The notes below the pieces were generated by a model that was not told the origin of the DNA, searched no databases, and was given only the letters and a program-made list of their open reading frames with translations. A stretch of 64,000 bases of DNA, from positions 13,950,001 through 14,014,000 of the forward strand of contig CM102290.1 in assembly GCA_046563655.1 (NCBI GenBank), written 5' to 3'. Within the stretch, counting starts at the first letter, position 1. Every line of letters begins with the position of its first letter. The DNA is from Yuukianura sp. NJ FZ-2021 (Eukaryota). Below, piece by piece: positions 1 through 13,277 of this stretch. The position numbers and the translations under genes are program-made.

Positions 1-946
1 TGTACATAAATGTTAGGATATAATATAATATATTATAGAACAGAAACAGTATATTGTTGAATTACAGCTTTCGTCGTAATTCTAAATTCGTTATAATTCA
101 AATTTCGTTGCAATTCAGCTTTAGCTGTAATTCAACTTTCGTTGTAATTGGTTTCGGGGAAATTCGTTTCATTGTAATACATTCGGAGAAATTCGCTTAA
201 TTGTAATTCATTCAATGAAATGGCTTGCTCACAAAAAACAGGCTGAAAAACTGGTTCCAGGTCATTTGCTCGAAAACAATAAGCGTGAATTCCACAAGTT
301 GGCAGGCGGTTGTTACCAGTTTGCAGAATTCGCGTTTTTTGTTTTCGCGTTAATCACCTGTGGCGGAAAATATTTGAAAACAGTTTTTCACGTTATTTTG
401 TTGAACATTTTTCAGATAATTTTTTATTTTTTAGATAATTGTTTGAACGTTTTACAACAAATTGGAGAAGTCTTAAGAATTTCGATTGAAATCGGAATTA
501 CTTTTCCTTTTTGGCGCCATTCTGCTTTCATTCAAACGGAGAAAGAGAGAAAGTTTCGCTCTTTTTCTCCTCCACATCTCAGCTTTCAAGCATCCAGAAT
601 CGCCGTTGTATTGGCAGGCTGCGGTGTTTGAAAATCCAACGAAATGGATATACGTCAATTGATTGTCATTACTGACGCAATTTGTGGGTACAACAATACT
701 TTATTCCAATTACTAATTAGAATACTCCACTGCCATTAGCCCTCTCAGTACTGCCACATATTGCCAGTCACGGTCATTTTTGAGATTCACTGTCACCGGT
801 TTGCTAATCTTGGACTAACGTAAGTAAATCCTGTCTAAACGATTAGAATTTTGGAACAACGAAGCTTTTGATTTGAAAATCATATGGTCAAGAATATAAC
901 ATCGACATGTCCTATTTTATTCCAGATTGAACCAAATTAGGATAAA

Positions 947-3112
947 ATGGACGTCATTCCTACACGACCTGCTAACAATGCAGCTGGAACTCCGAAAGTC
1001 GACTACTGCTTTGACCTGAAACTTGGAGAATCGAACGTTGAGACGTACCCGGAGTTTTCCTGGAAGGAATTGGTCAAAGAAGCACAAGCACAAAAATTGT
1101 CTGCAGCATCAGCCGAAGGTGAGATTATTATCTAGCAGTAAGGTTTTGTTGATCGTCGTGACTTAACATCATTAACCAATTTTAAATATAAACGTAGGTA
1201 AGAATACTTTGGACCCATATGCTTCGGATGACGAAGATGATCTGAGAGCTTTAGCTGCGAAATTCGAGAAAAAGTATAACAACGATGGGGGAACTGGGAA
1301 AGGGAAAAGACGGAAACGTAAAGCAGAGGATTACATCGATCGTGGTGCAGGGTACGACGAAACAGACTCGTTCATTGATAACAGCGAAGTTTACGATGAA
1401 TTAGTGCCAGAAGATATGCAACCGGTACATGGAGGCTTTTACATCAATTCTGGAAGGCTTGATTTCAAGGATGCGGATGTTTCTGACTGTGACGTCGATG
1501 AAGAAATTGAGGAACAACTTTTGACATCGGGCAGAAAGTTTTCAAAATCAGTAGTCAAAAAGGGGCTTCCACAAGCTAAGACTAACAAGAAGAAACGAGC
1601 GAGTGATAAAGGTAAGATCACGAGCAATGAATTTGCATATGGAAATTGTGTATAGTTCTAGCTGTGATTAATTTTTGGTTTAAATCAGATGAAGGTGGGA
1701 AATCGGGAAGAGGTAACGGATCTATCGCTAGTAAGAAGGCATCGGAGAGTCCCAAGCGATCTGCAAGTAGTAGTCCAGTCCGGTCATCTGGAAAAACCAA
1801 AACGATTACGATCTCATCCGACTCATCATCATCTGATTCTTCTGGATCCTCCTCATCTTCTTCCAGTGACTCAGAAAAAGACGGCGATAGCTCTGCAACT
1901 CCTCGAGGTTCAGCTACTACCGGAAACGCTTCTACTGCAGTTTCCACTGAAAAACTTCCCGTGCCTTCAAACAACCAATTACCACGAAGACTGAAAGTCA
2001 AGAACGTTCCGCTCAACCCTAAACTTCATGGAGATTCTCCACCTACATTGTCAGTGCAGCAAGTCGGAGGAAACCCAACTCCTAAGCCACCGTCTAATCA
2101 AACTATTCGTGAAATCTACGGTTCTCTTTTGCCAAGCACATCGGGATCCAGTACTGCTCCAGTACTTTCTACCACAATGCTGCCCAGTACAAGTCGACCC
2201 GGTCCGTCATCTCTGACTCAGCCAAAGTCATCCAGTGAAGCTTCGCCAAAGAGCTATGCCGTTCCAAGTCCTGTACCTGTACCTAAACCCAAAATGCGAA
2301 AAAGAGTAACGGACAGATTATCTGTCCCAGGGAACCTTGTGAGGAAACCATCGGTGACCAATTTGAGTCCTTCCATTGCTTCTCCTCTGAAGAAAAAGCA
2401 AAAACTAAATGCGTTACCCGCTACTACTCCACCTCAACCGGGAACCGTTGCCAAGAAACCTAGGAAACCTAGAGTGTCTAACGTCAGAACTCCTCCAACT
2501 CCAGTACTACCGTCAACTACTGTCCAGAGACCACTCACTACTGAAGAACAGCACCGCATGATTCTCCAGCACTTTCAGCGCCATCCTCAAATGAGCTCCC
2601 TTGGTCTCGGGCTGTTTCCCCATTTAACACCAGCCACTGTTCCGACGCTTCCAGCCACCCCGAGTCCAAAAGAGCGACGTCCAGCACAACAGACCAAGTC
2701 TACGACAGCCGCTGATGTGCTAAAGAACTTGGCCAGTTTCCAAACTCAAGTAGGTTCAGGCGTTACTGTGAGCGAAGTTAAGAAGACGAAGGTGCATGCA
2801 CTGTCACCATCCGGCAGTATGGCCACTATCAGCCCAAAAAGCAGCACTCCTCCAAGTCGTCTCAGCAGTCCATCGCCTATCAACATACCGAGAATACCAA
2901 TCCCTAGCTCCATTACAGTCACAGCATCCAATCCACGATCCCAGCAGCATCAGCATCAAAGATCTTCTAACAATTCGTCCGTTGCTTCACCCCCAACGGG
3001 CTCACCCAACATTCAACCAGTTCAAAACAGCAGTAAGACTTTTACTGATTTCCACATGAACGCTTTACTTTCAAAACCTTTTATTAATAGTAATTCCTCC
3101 TCTACTAAATAA
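947..3112 (+). CDS. UBN1: Ubinuclein/yemanuclein-like HIRA complex subunit, 3 exons (947-1118, 1198-1611, 1690-3112)
   Basis: Exon 2 encodes the HUN motif DYIDRGAGYDETDSFIDNSEVYDE...GGFYINSGRLDF; exon 1 has YPEFSWKELV; GT-AG junctions stay in frame; long S/P-rich tail. Confidence 0.85.
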
Positions 3113-3354
3113 CCTTAACGCACTAATGTAAATTATTTCTTCAATTACGACTTAATCGTAACAATTAAGCTTAATATTTTGAACTACACAATTCCTGGAT
3201 CAAGAAGTAAACGTTTCCTTTTCCATTACAAAACAGCTGATCTCCATAGCTTTTCTAAAATTATACAAACTAGTATATAACTGTATAAACTTAACAAAAA
3301 TTTGACCCTGACATGAAATCCTGAACTAAGAATATTCCTCACAGAGAATACGTT

Positions 3355-6300
3355 TTAGGCCGACATACTTCCGGAACTTCCCGAGCTCCCATCATCTCTG
3401 GACTTTTTCCTATGGTCATGCCTGTGCCTATGGCGGTGTTTATGACGTTTCTTCTTTTCCTTCTTTTTCTTCGCCTACATAAATCACCAGAAAACCAATT
3501 AGTAATTGCATATTTAGCGAGTTGGCGTTATAAATAATTTATAGAATTTATAGTAAGTATAGAACTTATGGCGGGTAGTGACGTCACTTTTCAAACTTTT
3601 GGGATTTATAAAATTTATAAACAACTCATAAGTTCCATAAATGAAAAAAGTTTGGAAAGTGACGTCACAGATTTGAAATTGACCAATGGCGGGAGCCGTA
3701 ACAAAATGGGTTGCAGGGGGTGGAAAGACGCGGGACCAACATTCTACAAATTGTATAAATTCTATAAATTATTTATAACGCAAACCGGACTTGCCTTTCC
3801 ATGATGATGGTGATGGTGTTTCTTATGTGGAGAGGATGATACGGTAGAAGATACTTCTGTGGTCACTTCATCATCTTTTGAATCTTCTACTTCCTCTTGA
3901 ATTACAACTTCTTCGATTCCAGTGAAATCTGATGTAGCGTCAGTCATGTCATCGTTTTTGAACATGCCAGGCTCAAAGTACGTCGGTAAAGAAGTATCCA
4001 TTGCCTCCGGTAGCTCTCCGGAACTGTCCGAATGTTGTGACTCTCTTTTAGATGACAGAATCCTGGCAGTCGTCAATTTTAGTGGTGATTCCACAATTGT
4101 GGTCACTTCGTCCTAAAATTCAAAATACGTAAAGTTGTAACTTATACTCGGAGATTGAGGCTTTTCTCAAGAGAAGTTTCTTCTTACACCAGGTGAATCC
4201 TTTACATCATCGTCGAAATCCCGGCCAATCACAGGCGATTTCCGCCGAGGAGTTGTTTGATTTTCTTTATCTTGCATCCATCTTTGAAGTTGGTCAGCGT
4301 CAATCATGCAGGCAGGCTTCTTGGCCCCAAATATTGCATAGTAAACGTCAACATAATCACAGCGAATCTTGGAGTCCAGATTTCCATCCGCACTAAACAT
4401 GAAATCAAAAGCATTAAGTTATTGTCTGCTCAACTCAAGCTTTTTACTACGTACGTAAACTTCTGCCACAAGCGTTGTGCAACTATTGCACTGGAAAACG
4501 GTGTTTTAGTCTTTCGTCGATCAATCTGAAAGTGACAACGAAAATTAATAGAAGTTACTCTCAATTTCAGAAATTCAACGAAATTGCGTCTAGTAGTAAC
4601 TCACAGATTTTCCGGAAAATGCGTTCACAATGAGTCGACACAAAGAGTGACGAACGCTTGGCACTGGGTCGGTATCCAGCATATCCAACAGATAAAGCAC
4701 ATCTTCCAGCTTCCCATCCGTTTTTGTAAAATCCACTATAGCTTCCAATGCTGCCAATCGTACATCTACAAAAACACAAAACGATTTACACTTTAAAAAA
4801 AAAGTTATTTTAAACCACTTCAAATATTGCCAGTATATTGGAAATACTTGCCGCAAAACGAATAAGTCGGTTTCTTACCTTTGAATTGCCCGTATACTGC
4901 ATATGTACGGAAAAATTCTACGTTATTTGGGAGATGTCCGAACTTCTGAAGTTTCCGTATAGATCGAAGACACTCTACCGTCACAGTATACTTGTAACAC
5001 TGCAACATTTTTTCCATGTTTAGGCACCTTGAAATTTCTTCCATTATGACTTGAGTATCTTTTGATAAAGACTCTGCAGTTATTGCTCCACTGAAATCAA
5101 CACACAATTATTAGCCCGATTCGAATATATTTTCATTTCTTTATATACAGTAGAACCTCTCACAGCGCAACACGCCCTGATTGGTTGGTTTGAAGAGTCG
5201 GAGACACTGGACCAGCTTAGTCTTGTTTTACAAGTTAAATCCCTCCAAAGGTTTCATGGTATAAGTTGGCCAGAAGAGGCGGAGCAAAAAGTTGCGTAAT
5301 GAGAGGTCCCACTGTATTCTAAAACTTACCCAATATTATGCAATGCTACAACTGGTGTAATAGTATTTCCCAATGCTTGAATTAAGGCCGCTCTGTAGTA
5401 GTTATCTGATAACCGATTCCTACTATTATCATTGTACTTGAACAAATCAATTAGAAACCGATTGATCTCGGCTGGACATATGCCATGTACATTCCGTAAC
5501 AACGCCATTGCAACTGGAATAGTCTGAAACCAAAAATGATTCATTAAGACATTGACAATTAAAACTGGAATTGAGATGGAAACAAAATTCAAACATTAAA
5601 AGTTTACCTTTTGAATGAAGTAGTGATGCAAATTGTCAAAATCGTTTTGTCGTACAATGTGTGGACAAGAGAAACATCCAAAAAGTTTGCGAAAAATTCC
5701 CAGCATTGCTGGAGGACCTGACCATGTAGAGACCATGGCATTTGCTACCTGAAAATCAATTATTATAATTAACATTAATAATGACTAACATTCCTTATAA
5801 CTTATAACTAATGTTTAAATTATTTACACAGAGATTGTTTACCTTGGCTAAGCAATAACAAGCCTCCTGTCTCACTTTGTAGTAAGTCTGTTCATTTTCA
5901 ATCATGTCAGTTAGGCAAGTCCTTGTGTTCGAACTTGGGAAACTGAAACACAAAAGATACATAAATACTGTCGTCATCAGCGATTTCAACAATCTCAGAA
6001 ATTTACTTTTCCAGTGCCCAAATCGCTTCAATTTGTGCCGTTACGTCTCTCTCGTGTCGCAGTTGATACTGCCATTGGAAATCGGGTTGTTTGCTATCCA
6101 CGGTTCGAATCAGCGTCATGTCTGGATCCAGACGAATCCAAAGTACAGGTGAATCCGAACTGCATGAAAAACGAAATCAAAATCTACTTATGAATTTTTT
6201 AAATGTTCGTTTCTTACTCCATTGCGGTGAGATCCATGTCCACTTCATCGCCAGTACAAAGTGGAATTTTCTTTTTCTTCTGCCTCCGACTCTTGGAGTG

Positions 6301-9300
6301 ACAAACAATATCTGCTTTGGAATGTGTACTTTCAATTTGCAGCACATGCTTGAACGTTCCATCCAATTCTTGCAATGCAACAGTCAATGGCCCAACGTAC
6401 TTCCGGATACCCAAATGATGAGTGGCTTCCTGCTTCAGTTCCAATTCAACCGTGTTTCTGCAATAAACCAGGATTAAACCATGATAACTAAAGTTCATGT
6501 ACCGTAAAACTTCTAATAAGCGTCGGGTCCTGTTCAAACGCCAAGGGTAAGATGAGATTTTTGACACACGCCCGAGCGTATACAAAAAAAATCTCTACTT
6601 ACCCGTACCGTTTAACCGAGTTCGGGCGCTTATCAAAGTTTTACGGTATCCAAAAATCTTACGGTAACAGGTTTGGATTACCGCAAAACTTCTTACCTCT
6701 TGCGGTTGAAGACGAATGACATGTGGAATTTGACATGCCCGCCCTGTCGAACCCATTGATCCATGAATACCGTCATGTCTTTACCAGTGACAGTGAAAAT
6801 TGATCTCGTGAATGATGCAGTGCTGATCAACATTGGATTGGATGGGTTGGCGCCAGGAGCTGTACGAAAAAAAAATTTCAGAAAATTGAAAAAAAAATTA
6901 AGAAAATTGAAAATTTTGTGGTTTTTGATGAAAATGAAGATTACCCGAATCAAGTGCCAGAGCGGGTAATCCTGGAGCAGTAGATGGCATAATTTGTGGT
7001 GCTTGTCTCATAAGACCCTCAGTAACTTCGCTTTGTTGAATGAAGTTGAGAGCCAATGAGAGTTGCTTATTGAGAACCTGAAGGAGCAGTTGACTTCCAA
7101 TACGATTTTCCAGCATTCGGATTACCAAATGTGCTTTCTTGGCATATATCCTCAAATATTCTGGAGAAACCAAATCTGGATTTTGGAGATAGAAGTAAAA
7201 TCCGGCTTCTCCGCCTGAATTTTGGTGTTCCAAGGACGGCCGAGCATGGAGACTACTGTTGCTCTCTCCTCCAAAACCTTTCCCCTTGGGGAAATTTAGC
7301 ATTGACGGATCCAGAACGATGCCGCCGTATTGTTGCTCGTACTTTACAACTTCTTGCATCTCCTTCAAAATGAAAATTAAACCAAATCAAAGATGGACGT
7401 TACACATAATGACATAATTAAGTTAGTTTTGATTTTTAATAATTTTAGAAATCCTTACAAATTGAATCCAATGTCGGTACTCATTGTTTCCCAGAAACTT
7501 TTTCAAGTAGAGTCCACTCAGATAATTGGAAATTCCCTTTGAGAGCCAAGCGTCGGAAGTGTGCTGCATGGAGATGTAAGTGGAGTAGAATTGTTCTGCA
7601 ATACCTTGAGCCGCAAATTTCCTCGTAGTGTAAGTTTGATCGATTATTGCTGAATTGTGTAGAAGATTCATACTGAACAAGAAAAAAAAATCAGTACCTC
7701 ACAACATTTTTCATGTCACAAGTAAATGTTCTAAATAAGTTCACAAAAAGCTTTGGAAAGTCTAGATTTGTCTAGAATTAGAACCTTCCCTCAGAGTTTC
7801 TTGTTTTTCCGTTAAGTTAAAAAATGTCGCCCAATGAGGGGTTTTACTCAGGGTTGGCAAAATGACGTCATTTTCACGAAAATGACGTCAAAAACGTTTA
7901 AAACGTTAAAAACGCGTCAAAAACGTCAGAAACGTCAGAAACCTTTTCTCAAAAATTAAAATCTTTAATTCTAAATTTCCGGTTAACCTACATTGTAAAC
8001 TTGCTAACTATTACATTATAACGTATAACCGCTGTCAGTTACCAGTAACGAATGCTCTGACGCAGACGCCCCATTCCGTTGCACATCTGTCGATTTCTTC
8101 TTTCGCCAAAGTTCTCAAACATTGGGATGTGCGCGCATGCCCTGATGTGTCAATAAAGCTTGTTAAAGCTTGATTTCCGTCAGAATCAGCGATTGATATG
8201 CCGACAATTGGTTCGTTCTGGACGTTGGACCAACCATCAAGACACATTTTGCTGGTTTTTCTTTAAATTTGAACGCGAATGCACGGTTTTATAAGAAATG
8301 AATCTGACAAAAATGACGTTTTCTGACAAGGGGTCTTGTCAGAAACGTTTATGACTGACGTTTTTGACTGACGTCATGGTCATTTTGCCAACCCTGGTTT
8401 TACTGTAGTAATTTTTGACTTACTCCATAATACACATGGATGCGTATGAAGTCATCTCTTCAAAACTTTCGTTGACGAAAACGTTTTTGAAACAAGAGTA
8501 AGGATACCGGGTAGCTAAAGCCTCTTCATAAAACTCAAACATCTGAAATAAACGTAAGGTTTAGCATGATCAGTAAAGGTAGTGTTTAATTCATGATTAG
8601 TAATTAGTAAAAACATACCTCGTGTAAGAATCTGGATGTCCAAATAAGTAGACTCATTAGACCGGGAAGACAGAAATGTGTCACTTCATGCATCACTGGA
8701 TCCACATAGACTTCGTAGGGCCCAATTGCTAAGCCAATGTTAGGTGCAGCAGTGGGGACGGAGAGAAAGTAGTGGAATGTCTTGGTACGTTGACCTTCTG
8801 GACCTTGAATAATGTCCACCAAGTCCCCACAAGAAATTGCAGTGAGACTTTCGTCCACAGTAAACTCCAGTTTCCAAGTGCATACTTCGGAGAAGCTGTC
8901 AATACAGGGAAACCACAGTCTGGAGTTGTTTTCGTAACGAGTAGTGAACATATGAGGTTTCTGGAAACAAAATAAGAACGTTCAACTAACTTCAAAGTAT
9001 AATTGTAAGGTGACTTTGACTTTTCGATGTGCTTAAATACCTCGGCAGTAGTTGGATCTGAAGGAATATAGAAGTGAAGTCCGACCGTTGGGCTTTCAAG
9101 GGCATATTCAATTGATAATCGAAGCGGTCGACCTTCTACAATTACATGTGAAGCTTCGTTGGGAAGATGAACCAGAATTTCACCTGTAACAGATCGAGAT
9201 CATCCAATAAGAAGTTGATGAAGTTATGTTTAAAAAATGTACTAAACTAATTAGTTACTTGCCTCCAGCCGCGTCTGGATCCCCTTCCAGAACGGCATCT

Positions 9301-9793
9301 CGATGATAATCTGCAAACTGGCCAACGTTATACTGCAAAGTCGCGTCCGGTGGAATGATACATTGAGTTAGATCGTAGTAGTCAAACTTTGTTTCAAACT
9401 TATTGTTAAGAAGTATCTTGTAAATGCGACATTGTTTCGCGTTGAGCTTCACTTTTCTAAGGTTGGAACGCTTAGGAACAATGGTCAGTTCCACCATGCC
9501 CTGTAAAACCGAAACATAATTGATGAATCGATGAATGTGAACTACTCTCATAGATTTGTCAAATACTAATAAGGGACTAACAATTAGTGATTTCTTCAAC
9601 AGGTTGATTTGGATTACGCTTACTAGTTGATGGGTCGTACTGAAACAAAATGAGAGTTCAAGTTAGACAATCAATCGATGAATATAAATGAAAGTAATTC
9701 ATTGAATCTTAAACGTAACATAAGATTAAATACTCATAACTTGTAAGGCCGCCATTCGTCTGGTGTTTGGTCAAACTTCGTTTTGGTAGACAT
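3355..9793 (-). CDS. TAF2: TFIID subunit 2, multi-exon
   Basis: RPYKL|THQL N-terminus; aminopeptidase-like region ([10 protein letters not shown]...[10 protein letters not shown]); [31 protein letters not shown]; His/Lys-rich C-terminus ending [10 protein letters not shown]...SMSA*. Confidence 0.95.
3521..3785. mobile_element. MITE-like inverted-repeat element in the last TAF2 intron
   Basis: GTTGGCGTTATAAATAATTTATAGAATTTATA and its near reverse complement ending ~3785; inner IR GTGACGTCACTTTTCAAACTTTT / AAAAGTTTGGAAAGTGACGTCAC. Confidence 0.6.
5148..5314. mobile_element. Tc1/mariner-type MITE in a TAF2 intron
   Basis: TA|CAGTAGAACCTCTCACAGCGCAAC ... GTTGCGTAATGAGAGGTCCCACTG|TA: imperfect TIRs with a TA TSD. 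Confidence 0.75.
6502..6646. mobile_element. TA-flanked MITE with CCGT termini in a TAF2 intron
   Basis: TA|CCGTAAAACTTCTAATAAGCG ... CGCTTATCAAAGTTTTACGG|TA. Confidence 0.75.
7849..8396 (-). mobile_element. Internally deleted hAT element in a TAF2 intron
   Basis: TIR CAGGGTTGGCAAAATGAC; exact 8-bp TSD GTTTTACT (7841-7848 and 8397-8404); internal ORF 8035-8247 ([13 protein letters not shown]...FIDTSGH...AFVTGN) resembles a DUF659/hAT transposase fragment. Confidence 0.9.
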
Positions 9794-10250
9794 CCTTTGT
9801 CCGTTGTGTCTGTGTAACGTTAAGTGTACCGTGACCTGGATTGACCTGGTCACTGATTTTGTAGGTGTCAAACAGCGGGTGATGTTGTGACACTGTCACA
9901 TCACAGTATCTTCTTATACCGCTGTAATTCTTTAATTAGACGACAGACTGCTTCGATAGTTAGTAAACAATTAATTTAAACCGTAACCTTTAACCAATCG
10001 AAATGAAAACTAAAGTCAATCAAATGAGACGTGTTGGCGCCGCAAAAGAGCAAAAGTAGAGCTCAGTTTCCCGCAAAAACACGCCGAGCACGAAACCTGA
10101 ACTCACTCGGCAGTTCCGAGTCGGAACCGAGCAGCGTAGTTTCCGTTCGTAAGTCATAGTACGCTCGATTGTTTACTCCGACTTCGGATGATGTTTTGTC
10201 GGGAAATAATTAATTAATGGTTCATTGAAATCTCCGACTCACGTCATCAT

Positions 10251-10429
10251 TATTAAGTAGCGAAAGCTACTTTATGTACATATCTTCATGTCTGTCTGTC
10301 TGCCCGAGCGACTATTAGATCGGAAACGTCTCAACATAAACATAAAATTAAGTTGGAAAATGTGCATTTTTTCAATTGGTTCAAAGCTGCAAAGTGGGAT
10401 ACAGAGACGAAGTTTTGCTAATGGCTAGT
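10251..10429 (+). mobile_element. Possible non-autonomous Helitron/Helentron (DINE-like) remnant
   Basis: Hairpin AGTAGC-GAAA-GCTACT, then a (TGTC)n microsatellite, ending in CTAGT; resemblance only. Confidence 0.35.
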
Positions 10430-10470
10430 AAAATTTACTACGTCCGCCAATAAAACACTTGGATCACAAG

Positions 10471-10877
10471 TACTACTCCTAGCAACCTAACTTGAACAAA
10501 ACGTTGGTGTTTTTCTACTGAGCGATCAGCGAAAAAAACGAACGCTTTTGCAAAAATCTCACATCACCCCAACGACATGTGAGATTGTTTGAACAATAAG
10601 AGAAGGTTTATTAACTAAAAAAGTTAAAAATACGTCAAATGTATTTAAAACGGACTTTTAAAAAAGCAGGAAACGTTCATAATTAATTTTCCAGTTTCTT
10701 TAAACGTCATTTGTTAAATTAATTTGAAACATTTTAAACTTCGTTAGTTATTTTGTAAAAACAATCTCACATATCGTTGGGGCGATGTGAGATTTTTGCA
10801 GAAACGTTCAATTTTTCGCTAATCGCTCAGTAGAAAAACACCAACGTTTTGTTCAAGTTAAGTTGCTAGGAACAGTA
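10471..10877. mobile_element. MITE with long (~120 bp) TIRs between the TAF2 5' end and the SmB 3' end
   Basis: CCTAGCAACCTAACTTGAACAAAACGTTGGTGTTTTTCTACTGAGCGAT...GTGAGATTGTTT is mirrored at ~10760-10877; TA at both ends. Confidence 0.8.
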
Positions 10878-10972
10878 GAGTATACGTTTTCATTTTTATT
10901 CTGAAAAATTCAAGAGAGAAAGAAGATTAGACAATTGACAATGACAAATAAATACGCATTAGATCCTCGTGC

Positions 10973-11975
10973 TCAAAACGGTCTACCAGGAGGTGGAACT
11001 ACAACAAAGAAATCAAAATAATTAATAATTTAGCTCTAATCACAACTAATATTTAATTATATTTAAATCAATTAATACCTCCACGCATCACCCCTGCTGG
11101 CGGTGGAACACCCCGAAGCCCTGGCGGCGGTATTCCAGGAGGCAGTCCTCGACCCATCATCGGAGGCATCATTCCCGGTGGTGGAACCATTCCTGGCGGC
11201 ATACCTCGTGGTGGCATTCCCGGTGGTGGACGCAACTGTGGTCCAGCGGCTACTGCTGGAGCTGCTGTACGTCCAGGAGCCATAACTTGAGGTGATGGAC
11301 CTCCAACTCCACGAACTGGTCCTTGAAGACCTACACGAAAGTGTATTTTAGAAGAATAGCAACACTTCTTACCACAAGTAACTTTTATAGTGAAACCAAG
11401 CATAATAGTAATCTTACCTGGCGGAATCGCTCCTGTTGGTACCATTGGCATCCCACGTCCAGCAGCACGTCCCATTCCAGGACCAGGAATAGCTCCAGGA
11501 ATCGGTACTCGTGGAATCCCTTCATCCGGTGGTGGTGGTCCTTCCACAGTAATTGAAACAATCCCGTCTCCTCTCAACAGCACGAATCCCAGCGTCCGTT
11601 TCTCTTCTCGATCAGTTTGTCCGGCCTTCTTAGCACGAATCTTTCTGAATTCGTCACAGTCTCCAAGGATCAGATTCATGTGTTTATCGAAAGCTGCACA
11701 AAGAACGGAACCAATTAGATTAGATAAAACCTTTCGATATAAATGGCAACTAATGCGACACTTTTACCTTTAAAGGTTCCTATGAATGATCGAGAGTCTT
11801 GAACGGTTACCTTAATTCGATAATTAAGGTGAACCGCCATCTTGTTGTTCTTGCTGATCGTCTGAAAACATTCGACAGAAAATCATTGATATTATTGCTA
11901 AATTTACAAATTATTGGTTTATAGTATATTTCAAGTTGCTATCAAATGAACCTTCCAAATATATTTGCTTACCAT
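10973..11975 (-). CDS. SNRPB: snRNP-associated protein B (SmB); first coding exon is the ATG only; last exon VPPPGRPF*
   Basis: [51 protein letters not shown]...[10 protein letters not shown] and PPGM-rich tail. Confidence 0.95.
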
Positions 11976-12984
11976 TTTGATCAACTATTTCTGTTCGGAC
12001 GAACTAATTAGTTACAACTAACAAATTAATCAAACCGAAACAATCGGTGATATCCAATTCGAAACGTAACTAAGACCTAGTAGATGAAAAATTAAATGAA
12101 GAAACGAAGAAAACAAGGCTCGGCTTTTTTGTGAATATAATGTTTGGGGTGACGTAAGGATTAGCGCTCCGTGTGTTACCCGCACAACCCAGTCTGATCA
12201 CTCCTGTCATCTTGTGTGGCTACAAAAAGTGGCTACAGGTGGCAACCTATGCAGCTACGTTAACATAACATAATGTCAGGCAATGTCGCCGCGTATTGTA
12301 GCCACAAGTGTACGGTGGCTGCAGTGTATGGTCACAATGACGGATGCTTACCCTTACGCTCACCAAAGTTTGAGAAATCTACCATTGGCCTCAGTTAGTG
12401 TAGCATGTACTCATGAACGCACAAACACAATTTGGCACGGGCAAAATCAGTGTGATCATACTTAACATTAATGCTTCCTTATTTTACAAAAATACGCCTC
12501 TATTAGATAAGATTTTTCTTTTCTCGCCACATTTTCTTTATAAAACAAATCTTACAATATTCAATTAAGAATTGAATTTGAAACAAGTATGTGCGTCCCT
12601 GCATTTTAATGTGACATGAAACACCATATGAAGAGTCAAAAGTTTCTGAACAGCCAAAGTGAATACACGAAAAAAAAAGAAACGAAAAAAAGTTGAAGTT
12701 GAAGCCGGCGGGTAAATCGTATTTTAGCGCTCGAAGTCTCGATCAATCACAGATGTCACTACAATTCAACAATTTAGAATAAAACGACGCCGTGATTTTC
12801 ACATTTCGAAAAACCGAAATTGGTTGGAGTTTGGATTGTCTGGAAATGTAATTTCAGTATCCTTTGATGTTCCAAAGTTTCTGTAAATTGAATTTGAAAC
12901 GATGGATTCCGATTCTGAATGACCTGTCTGCGACTGTGCAGGGTAATTGAACACTGCGGAGGTCATGGGTATGGTATGGTATGT

Positions 12985-13068
12985 CTGTTGAGTTCTGGGT
13001 TTGATGTGGATTTGTTTTTGCAGTGACTAATTCCACCAACCACTCGTACGTGCGACCTTTCATGTGAC
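12985..13068 (-). pseudogene. Relic of the local C2H2 ZF family
   Basis: CACATGAAAGGTCGCACGTACGAGTGGTTGGTGGAATTAGTCACTGCAAAAACAAA aligns to the HMKGHTYEGLVECSHCKNK codons of the paralogs, with a frameshift. Confidence 0.75.
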
Positions 13069-13137
13069 ATGATTTTACTAAAATCTCAAACATTGACATC
13101 AAACCAGAAAGAGGAAACAGAAATGTAAAATTTTTAA

Positions 13138-13277
13138 TTAAGTTGCATTTTAGATCGGAATTACGCCAGTTGATGTTTTAACTTTTAAATCTTTATTCAA
13201 AAAGATCCGAGCTTTCGGACAATGATCTAGTCCTTCTTCAGGGAATAAAAACTTTTAAAGAAAATTTTAAATAAAGA
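13138..13277 (-). mobile_element. 140-bp insertion with a 17-bp TSD, probable Penelope-like element fragment
   Basis: AAATGTAAAATTTTTAA at 13121-13137 and 13278-13294; the paralogous block at ~17440-17470 is uninterrupted; contains a hammerhead motif. Confidence 0.7.
13206..13244 (-). ncRNA. Minimal type I hammerhead ribozyme
   Basis: Minus strand TCC-CTGAAGA-A-GGAC(TAGATCATT)GTCC-GAAA-GC-TC-GGA: CUGANGA and GAAA core, 4-bp stem II, palindromic AGCU at helix III, UC cleavage site, stem I TCC/GGA extendable by TTATTC/GAATAA. Confidence 0.75.

Noticed and set aside
215..631. 138-aa ORF upstream of ubinuclein
   Set aside because: No recognisable motif; AT-rich, promoter-like region.
12190..12464. 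Possible MITE upstream of SmB
   Set aside because: Only short imperfect inverted repeats; no matching TSD.
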